Source: Candidatus Obscuribacteraceae bacterium
Lineage (GTDB): Bacteria; Cyanobacteriota; Vampirovibrionia; Obscuribacterales; Obscuribacteraceae
Reading direction: 5' to 3'
NCBI GenBank assembly: GCA_044229845.1
Contig: JBGASG010000001.1
Coordinates: 800,001 to 864,000, forward strand
DNA length: 64,000 nt
Program-made: the position numbers and the translations under genes
Part shown: positions 57,534 to 64,000 of the stretch, piece by piece
How positions within the stretch are numbered: the stretch's first letter is position 1
Layout: every line of letters begins with the position of its first letter
The notes under the pieces: generated by a model
Databases searched by the model: none
What the model was told of the DNA's origin: nothing
The model's input: only the letters and a program-made list of their open reading frames with translations

Positions 57534-57648
57534 ATTCTGCGGAAGGATTTAATCTATTCAGAAGATTCGAGTTTGAGCGCAACAATCGGAGTTTCTTCCA
57601 CTGTGCCTGGAAGTAAAATGGCGCTATTGAAACAACGGAGAAGACAAC

Positions 57649-58383
57649 GTGGGCGCCCCGGCGAAACCTGTCCAATTATCAATCGCGCAACGATTAGCTA
57701 ACATCAACTGGCAGCAGATGTACCAGAATCTGGATGCCGACGGATTTGCTACGACATGCACGCTTTTGCAAATCGATGAATGCCGTGCACTGTCCCAGCT
57801 CTACTCTAATGACGATTTGTTTCGCAGTCGAGTTGTGATGGCACGTCACGGGTACGGACGCGGCGAATACAAATATTTCGCCTATCCATTGCCGCAGATC
57901 ATCGAGAGCCTGCGAACTGCCGCATACCCGCATCTAGTGCCGATAGCCAATCGCTGGATGGAAGAAATGAACTCACCGGTCAGATTTCCTGCGACGCACG
58001 CTGAATTCATAGAACGATGTCACCAGGCTGGACAGCAGCGGCCGACACCATTGTTGTTGCAGTACGAAAAGGGTGATTTCAATTGCCTGCATCAGGACCT
58101 CTACGGCGAGCATGTTTTTCCATTGCAGCTGGCGATTTTGCTGGCGCAACCGGAGTGCGATTTTACGGGCGGCGAGTTCGTGCTCACCGAACAGCGTCCT
58201 CGCATGCAGTCGCGACCGATGGTGGTGCCCCTGGAACAGGGCGATGCCGTTGTTTTCGCCGTGCACCAGCGCCCCGTGCAGGGCACGCGCGGGAGCTACC
58301 GCGTCAACATGCGCCATGGAGTCAGTCGAGTGCGCGGCGGACTTCGCCACACCGCCGGGATTATTTTTCACGACGCCAAATGA
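57649..58383 (+). CDS. 2OG-Fe(II) oxygenase (DUF2086-like)
   Basis: GRGEYKYF, HQD, GGEFVL, RHGVSRV..G.R. Confidence 0.92.
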   Translation: MGAPAKPVQLSIAQRLANINWQQMYQNLDADGFATTCTLLQIDECRALSQLYSNDDLFRSRVVMARHGYGRGEYKYFAYPLPQIIESLRTAAYPHLVPIANRWMEEMNSPVRFPATHAEFIERCHQAGQQRPTPLLLQYEKGDFNCLHQDLYGEHVFPLQLAILLAQPECDFTGGEFVLTEQRPRMQSRPMVVPLEQGDAVVFAVHQRPVQGTRGSYRVNMRHGVSRVRGGLRHTAGIIFHDAK

Positions 58384-58462
58384 GTTTGGTTCCAACCTAT
58401 TCTTGGAATTACACAACCAGAGTACTTGGGCTTTTGACGTGCTGGAAATTTTCAAATCTCAC

Positions 58463-59629
58463 GTGTTGAAGAGTTTGCTGGTCGCCTGTGCTTTTTTGGC
58501 AGCGTCTGTGGTTGGTCTTCAGACAGAAGTGGTGGCCGCGATCTCGAAGACGGTGCAGGAGCTGACTCTGGTGATCAGAAAACCCAACGTCGGCTCCAAA
58601 GCTCGTACCGTGGAAGTGACAGGATTGGATGGCGCGACCGTCACAGTGGTTGCCGAAGAAGGTCCTGCGGCCACCGATAACGACTTGAAGATTGACGCGG
58701 TGTTTCTCGCGCACGCGCTGGTTTCTGATGCGCCGGATCAGGTCGGAAATGTAAAAGTGGTGTTCTTGCAAACCGGCAAAAACAGCCGCTCTGTGACCGT
58801 GGACAAGACTCAGATCAGAGAATATGAGAAGGGCGCGCTTTCAGGTAAAGACCTGGTGGACTCCCTTGAGCTTAAATTCGAGGCGGCCCGCCAGGAAAGA
58901 GCACTGGAACCGGGACCGGAGCTGGAGCGCCGCACTCAAATCTCCAAGAGAATCGACAAGCTGCGAGTCCAACAAGTCGGGGTGCGCCCATTCGTGAACG
59001 CGCTCAATGAAATCGAAGCGTTGGTAAAGCAGAAAAGCCCCGACATTGACCAGCGGGTCAGCATTTTGGAAGGGCAGCTCGCTGACCAGGAAGCTATTTT
59101 GAGGAAACGGCTGAAGGCCAGTGCTGCGGCTGCGAAAGCCTCAATAAGTGGCGGTGGAACCGGCGGATCTGCCTCGTCGCCGGCGACCGGACAGGTTAAG
59201 TCAGCAGCGGCAGGCTACGTTCCCCCCGAAGGGGCTCATTTGAAAGCTGTATTTCAACGAGATGCAGATAATCTGATACGCTCCGTCCAACAGAAAAATC
59301 CTCAAGTCGGATCTCATTTGCGGGACATCAAGAAAACAATTGATGCTGCTTTCGCCTCCGGGCGGGATCCGGAGGCATTTCAGACGCTGCACGAGTTCCA
59401 GATTTTGGTTCAGCAGACTATAAATGTCGACATGTTCGCACCGGGCGGGCAGCAAGGCGGAGGTTCCATGGGCGGAGGCGGTCAAGGCGGCGGCCCCATG
59501 GGTGGCGGTCAAGGCGGCGGCCCCATGGGCGGTGGACAGGGTGGCGGTCAAGGCGGCGGCCCCATGGGTGGCGGTTTTCCGGGCGGAGGACCACCTGGTG
59601 GCGGTCCTCCCGGCGGTGGTCCTCCATAA
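58463..59629 (+). CDS. Secreted hypothetical protein with Gly/Pro-rich repeat tail; start uncertain
   Basis: Hydrophobic signal LKSLLVACAFLAASVVG; the longer track ORF overlaps the oxygenase. Confidence 0.7.
   Translation: MLKSLLVACAFLAASVVGLQTEVVAAISKTVQELTLVIRKPNVGSKARTVEVTGLDGATVTVVAEEGPAATDNDLKIDAVFLAHALVSDAPDQVGNVKVVFLQTGKNSRSVTVDKTQIREYEKGALSGKDLVDSLELKFEAARQERALEPGPELERRTQISKRIDKLRVQQVGVRPFVNALNEIEALVKQKSPDIDQRVSILEGQLADQEAILRKRLKASAAAAKASISGGGTGGSASSPATGQVKSAAAGYVPPEGAHLKAVFQRDADNLIRSVQQKNPQVGSHLRDIKKTIDAAFASGRDPEAFQTLHEFQILVQQTINVDMFAPGGQQGGGSMGGGGQGGGPMGGGQGGGPMGGGQGGGQGGGPMGGGFPGGGPPGGGPPGGGPP
59453..59626 (+). repeat. Coding repeats QGGGPMGGG x4 and GGGPP x3
   Basis: caaggcggcggccccatggg recurs three times plus one variant. 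Confidence 0.85.
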
Positions 59630-59673
59630 TTCATCGAAGCCGTTGCCTGCAGTCTGCACTGGGCATATAGTCC

Positions 59674-61209
59674 ATGTCTGGTGGGCGTGCGCAGGTACCG
59701 GCGTTGAACGGCGATCTTTACGTAAGTCAAGCTGGAACCAGGAGTGATGAACTCCCTGATCCTCTCGTGGGCATGAAACTGGACGGCCGATTTGAAATCG
59801 AGTCGGTGCTCGGATCTGGTGGCATGAGTGTCGTTTATAAAGCCAAGCAGATCAACGTCAATCGCTATGTCGCCATCAAAACGATCAGAATGCAGTTGGG
59901 AAGAAACTCTACTGCGCGCGACCGTTTTCAGCGCGAAGTGAACACACTTTGCGCTATGAATCATCCTCACGTTGTCACAGTCTATGACTGCTTGTTCGGT
60001 GAGGACGGTGCACCATTTGTGGTGATGGATTATTTGCGCGGGCGCAGCTTGGATTTCTTGATCGCGCAGGACGGACCATTCACGATGGATCGTTTTCTCA
60101 ACATCACTCTGCAAGTTCTCAGTGCGCTCGACCACGCGCATGCCAACGGTGTCGTACACCGCGATATGAAACCAGGGAACATCGTGTTGCTCGATGATCA
60201 AACCGATTTCGTCAAGGTCGTTGACTTCGGTCTGGCTAAAGTCGAGGAAGAGAATCGCAAACTGACGCAGTCCGGTGAAATCCTTGGCAGTCCGCCCTAC
60301 ATGAGCCCCGAGCAGTGTCTCGGCAAACCTGGCGACATCCGCTCTGACGTTTACTCGCTGGGCGTCGTCATGTACGAGATGCTCACCGGCATGGATCCGT
60401 TCAATTATGTGAGCAGCGTCTTCGAGATGCTGCAGTGTCACACGTCCAGTATTCCTCCTTCGATGAAGGACAAAAATCCTGATGTGTCGGTGCCACCAGA
60501 GGTGGAGGCAGTGATTTTCAAGGCGATGGAGAAGGACCCAAGCAAACGCTATCAAACTATTCGTGAGCTGCAAGACGCGCTGGTGTCTGCCTGCGCCGGA
60601 CCCGTGTCCAAGACTTCCGGCGATGTCGCTCTGCGTGCCGCTGCTACCGCTGCCAGTCGGGCTACGTCAGGAAACCCGGCTGCTGCCGCCCCACCGTCAC
60701 CGCCGGCCCGCGGCGGCGAATTCAATCGAGCCAGATACGCCACCATCAGCGATGGACAGGCTGAGCAAAAATCATCATTGGGGATGGGTGTTTTGATTGG
60801 GGCTGTTTGCGCTATCGTTCTGCTGGCGGGTTTGGGTTTCTTCTTGCTGCCCAGACTGACTGTCACCAACCCACCGACACAGCCGGCGGTCGCGCCAACA
60901 ACACCAACAACACCAACAACACCAACAACACCAACAACACCGGCGCCTTCATCGACGGCGACAAGCCCGACAACTTCACCGCAACCAGCTACGGCGCCCC
61001 CAGCGGCAGAGAGCCCCGAGACAGTGACGCCCAAGTCGACTAGTGCAGTCAAGCCGCCGACTCCGCCTGCAAAGAAAGTTGCCAAGCCTGTCAGGCATGC
61101 TACAGTTGCACCCGCGCCTGTCCCAAAACCAGCGAAACCAGCAGCCAAACCGGCTGCCAAGCCGAAGCAGTTCGGGCAGGACTTGCAGAATTTGAGAAGC
61201 AGCCACTGA
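59674..61209 (+). CDS. Ser/Thr protein kinase with TM helix and Pro/Thr/Lys-rich tail
   Basis: GSGGMSVVY, HRDMKPGN, DFG, YMSPE. Confidence 0.95.
   Translation: MSGGRAQVPALNGDLYVSQAGTRSDELPDPLVGMKLDGRFEIESVLGSGGMSVVYKAKQINVNRYVAIKTIRMQLGRNSTARDRFQREVNTLCAMNHPHVVTVYDCLFGEDGAPFVVMDYLRGRSLDFLIAQDGPFTMDRFLNITLQVLSALDHAHANGVVHRDMKPGNIVLLDDQTDFVKVVDFGLAKVEEENRKLTQSGEILGSPPYMSPEQCLGKPGDIRSDVYSLGVVMYEMLTGMDPFNYVSSVFEMLQCHTSSIPPSMKDKNPDVSVPPEVEAVIFKAMEKDPSKRYQTIRELQDALVSACAGPVSKTSGDVALRAAATAASRATSGNPAAAAPPSPPARGGEFNRARYATISDGQAEQKSSLGMGVLIGAVCAIVLLAGLGFFLLPRLTVTNPPTQPAVAPTTPTTPTTPTTPTTPAPSSTATSPTTSPQPATAPPAAESPETVTPKSTSAVKPPTPPAKKVAKPVRHATVAPAPVPKPAKPAAKPAAKPKQFGQDLQNLRSSH
60895..60939 (+). repeat. 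Perfect 9-bp tandem repeat CCAACAACA x5 (PTT x5)
   Basis: Read directly from the sequence. Confidence 0.95.
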
Positions 61210-61234
61210 GAGTGGGAACAATCGGCGAGTGTGA

Positions 61235-62479
61235 ATGAGCTGGTTTGAGAAACTGAAATCTGCGCCGACAACTGTTCTGTGTGTGGTGTCGTTTGCGTTG
61301 TTCGTGGAGGAGTTGCTCTACGGGCTGGTCGTGCCATTGACGCCGGTATCGCCGGCGCACATCCAGGACGAGCACATGCTGAGCACCTTATACGGTGCCT
61401 ACGCGGTTGGATTGATCCTGGCGACACCAGTTTTGGGAGTGCTCACTGAGAGAATCGGCAGACGCAAGCCGATGGTACTGGGCGTGGTGCTGCTTTTGAT
61501 CTCCGCGTTCCTGATGTGGTACGGCACGTCGACGGAATACTGGATCGTGGCACGCGTATTGCAGGGTGCGGGCGCCGCCTGCACATGGACTGCCGGACTG
61601 GCACTGGTAGCCGGTTATTACATTCAAAATCGCGTCAAAGGAATGGGTTTCGCCATGCTGGGCGCCACCACGGGATCGATAGTTGGACCTGTGATGGGCG
61701 GCGAACTTTACGATTGGGTAGGCTACGACCCGGCATTTGGATTTGCCGTCGGTGCACTGATTCTCAATGCGATTCTGATATTTGTATTGACGCCAACTAC
61801 CAAGGGACCGAGGAACAATCCGCCCTGGGATGAGTGGTTCAGGGAGCTGCGCGGCATCGTCACGGATAAAAGCGTGCTTGCCGCGGGGTTTGCAGTTTCT
61901 CTGGCGGCCGCCAGCTGGGCTTTGATGGAGCCGCTCTTTCCGATGCAAATCGGGCGTATCGCCAAAGATGCTTCACCCACTGCCATCGGTGTTTTGTTCA
62001 CGATTTCCAACGTGCTGTATGCGTTTCTTGCGCCGATCGTCGCCAAGGTCTCTGATCGTATTGGTATCAGACAGACGACAGCAGCCGGACTTGTCATGAC
62101 TGCGATCACCATGCCGCTCCTGGCGTTGTCGCCAACGATGGTGCTAGCCGGTATCGTGTTGTGCTTGATCACTATCGGCTATGCGTTCACGATCAATCCC
62201 ACATCGGCAGAACTCGGTGACGCCGTGGATCGACGCGGCTCTAAGTCGTACGCAGTTGCGTATGCGGTCTATAATCTGTCTTACTCGGTGGGAATGATCT
62301 CTGCCGACTCTTTCGTCGAAGTGGCAACAGACTCGGCACACCACATGCCGATTTTGCAGATACTGATGATCATGAGTGCTCTGTTCGTTACCTGCGTTCC
62401 ACTGTTCCTCTTCAAACCGCGTGTTGTAGCCGATGCTACAGTTTCATCGCCTGTGCCTGAAAACTCTGGGAAACAATAA
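61235..62479 (+). CDS. MFS transporter
   Basis: About 12 TM helices; motif A GVLTERIGRR; ARVLQGAG. Confidence 0.93.
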   Translation: MSWFEKLKSAPTTVLCVVSFALFVEELLYGLVVPLTPVSPAHIQDEHMLSTLYGAYAVGLILATPVLGVLTERIGRRKPMVLGVVLLLISAFLMWYGTSTEYWIVARVLQGAGAACTWTAGLALVAGYYIQNRVKGMGFAMLGATTGSIVGPVMGGELYDWVGYDPAFGFAVGALILNAILIFVLTPTTKGPRNNPPWDEWFRELRGIVTDKSVLAAGFAVSLAAASWALMEPLFPMQIGRIAKDASPTAIGVLFTISNVLYAFLAPIVAKVSDRIGIRQTTAAGLVMTAITMPLLALSPTMVLAGIVLCLITIGYAFTINPTSAELGDAVDRRGSKSYAVAYAVYNLSYSVGMISADSFVEVATDSAHHMPILQILMIMSALFVTCVPLFLFKPRVVADATVSSPVPENSGKQ

Positions 62480-63961
62480 ATGTCACGCTCATTCATTGGA
62501 AGGTTAGCTCAAAAATTCGTTTCCAAGGAGGAGCGAATTTCGCGTCGCGAGATGCTGCAGGGCATGATGGCAACAGCCGCCAGCTTGATGGTCAGCTCTC
62601 AGTTTCTGGAGGGCGCGCGGGCGGCGACGAAAAACGATCATCGTATTGTCGTGATTGGCGGCGGGTTCGCCGGATTGGCGGCAGCATTCGAATTATCGCA
62701 GGCGGGCTACACCGTCACGGTTCTGGAAGCTCGCGATCGTCTCGGTGGACGTGTGCACACCCTCACCGATTTCATTCCTGGACGCACAGTGGAAGCTGGT
62801 GCCGAGTTGATTGGTGCCAATCATCCGACATGGCAAGCTTATGCCAAGCGCTTCAAGTTGCAAATGCTGGACCGCTCTGAATATCCGGACAGTGAGCGAC
62901 CTTGCTATTTCCACGGAAAGCTTCTCGAACCGAAAGAAGCACAAGCATTATGGGAAGACGTAGATCACTACTTGTCGCTCTACAACAAGCTAGCGGTGCC
63001 GGTCGACGCCGACCAACCGTGGAAGAGCCCCAACGCCAAAGTAATGGATGGCACCACCGTCAACAGTTGGATTGATGGATTGGAGTGTTCGGACCTTTGC
63101 AAGTTGGCGATTCGCTTGTCGGAAGCATCAGATGCTAACGATCCCGGCTGGCAAAGTCTGCTGGGGCGATTGGCCGTGGTCAAAGGCGGTGGACTGGAGA
63201 AGTACTGGACTGAGTCGGAAATCTATCGCTGTAAGGGCGGCAACCAGCAGCTCGCCGATCATCTGGCCGACGCCATCGGTCGCGATCACATCCAACTGGA
63301 GACTCCGGTCACCGAAGTGGAGGTCAAAGACAAATATGTGGAGGTGACGCTGGCTAATGAGCAGGTTTTGCAATGCGACGACGTCATCGTGGCTGTGCCG
63401 CCGGGAACCTGGAAGCGCATCATGTTTACGCCACCATTTCCGCCGTCGCTTTCGCCGCAGATGGCCAATCAAGTGAAGTTTCTTTCCGAGGTGCGTGAGC
63501 GCTTCTGGGAAAAGGATCACATGTCGCCCAATTCTCTGAGCGACGGCATCGCCGCGGAAACCTGGGATGCCACCGAACATCAGGCAGGACCTGGTCATGC
63601 TTGTTTGACAGTGTTCGCGGGAGGAAACATGGCAGACGTCGGGCGCGCCTGGCCTTCAGACCAGCGAATGGCACATTACGCGTTGGCAATCGAAAAGATC
63701 TATCCGCGCTACTCCGACAACTTCGTCAAGGGCAAGTTCATCGACTGGCCGTCTGATCCCTGGTCGCAGGCCGGTTATTCGGCGCCGGCACCCGGTCAGA
63801 TCATGACCCTTGGTCCCATTCTTTATGACGGCATCGGACGGCTGCATTTCGCCGGCGAGCACACAAGTTTTGCTTTCCAGGGTTACATGGAAGGTGGACT
63901 GCGATCTGGTGCGCTGCTGGCCAAACGAATTGCTATTCGCGACAAGTTGATCAAGTCGTAG
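62480..63961 (+). CDS. Flavin-dependent amine oxidase with Tat-like signal
   Basis: SRREML; IGGGFAGL, EARDRLGGR, HFAGEHT, GYMEGGL.SG. Confidence 0.93.
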   Translation: MSRSFIGRLAQKFVSKEERISRREMLQGMMATAASLMVSSQFLEGARAATKNDHRIVVIGGGFAGLAAAFELSQAGYTVTVLEARDRLGGRVHTLTDFIPGRTVEAGAELIGANHPTWQAYAKRFKLQMLDRSEYPDSERPCYFHGKLLEPKEAQALWEDVDHYLSLYNKLAVPVDADQPWKSPNAKVMDGTTVNSWIDGLECSDLCKLAIRLSEASDANDPGWQSLLGRLAVVKGGGLEKYWTESEIYRCKGGNQQLADHLADAIGRDHIQLETPVTEVEVKDKYVEVTLANEQVLQCDDVIVAVPPGTWKRIMFTPPFPPSLSPQMANQVKFLSEVRERFWEKDHMSPNSLSDGIAAETWDATEHQAGPGHACLTVFAGGNMADVGRAWPSDQRMAHYALAIEKIYPRYSDNFVKGKFIDWPSDPWSQAGYSAPAPGQIMTLGPILYDGIGRLHFAGEHTSFAFQGYMEGGLRSGALLAKRIAIRDKLIKS

Positions 63962-64000
63962 CTGCCTGTCGGCGCGCTCCCAGTGCCAGCACTATCGGCA

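Noticed and set aside
58073..58462. N-terminal extension of ORF 58073..59629
   Set aside because: Overlaps the 2OG oxygenase out of frame; the signal peptide begins near 58463.
1..64000. rRNA, tRNA, prophage, integrase or IS elements
   Set aside because: None recognisable by eye; tRNAscan-SE or cmscan would be needed to exclude small RNAs.

Overview
A gene-dense bacterial window, mostly housekeeping and accessory genes: glmM, tex, citrate synthase, ROK kinase, an OmpR-family regulator/histidine kinase pair with a CusA-type RND pump, a NemR-like TetR with an SDR, Ku-LigD, two Ser/Thr kinases, and many TPR, SAF and secreted hypothetical proteins. The gene style suggests Vampirovibrionia/Melainabacteria, but that is an impression only. 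The best candidate for an undescribed system is a complete retron cassette at 44497-46082, directly behind the Ku-LigD NHEJ genes. It has its own sigma70-type promoter, a 157-nt msr-msd RNA closed by a perfect 16-bp a1/a2 inverted repeat with a candidate branching G, and a retron RT (NAxxH, YCDD, VTG). A translationally coupled DinB/YfiT-family protein sits in the effector position, a partner I do not recognise from described retron types. The second highlight is a split ORF pair (48067-49062) that reads as one SelN/SELENON-like protein with an in-frame UGA at the Sec-equivalent position, followed by a SECIS-like hairpin. Smaller observations include a duplicated promoter-operator cassette, candidate structured RNAs, ECF-type promoters, a probable ATT start, and several single-base gene disruptions that may be assembly errors. 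No rRNA, tRNA, CRISPR array or transposase was seen. All product calls come from motifs read by eye; no database search was run.
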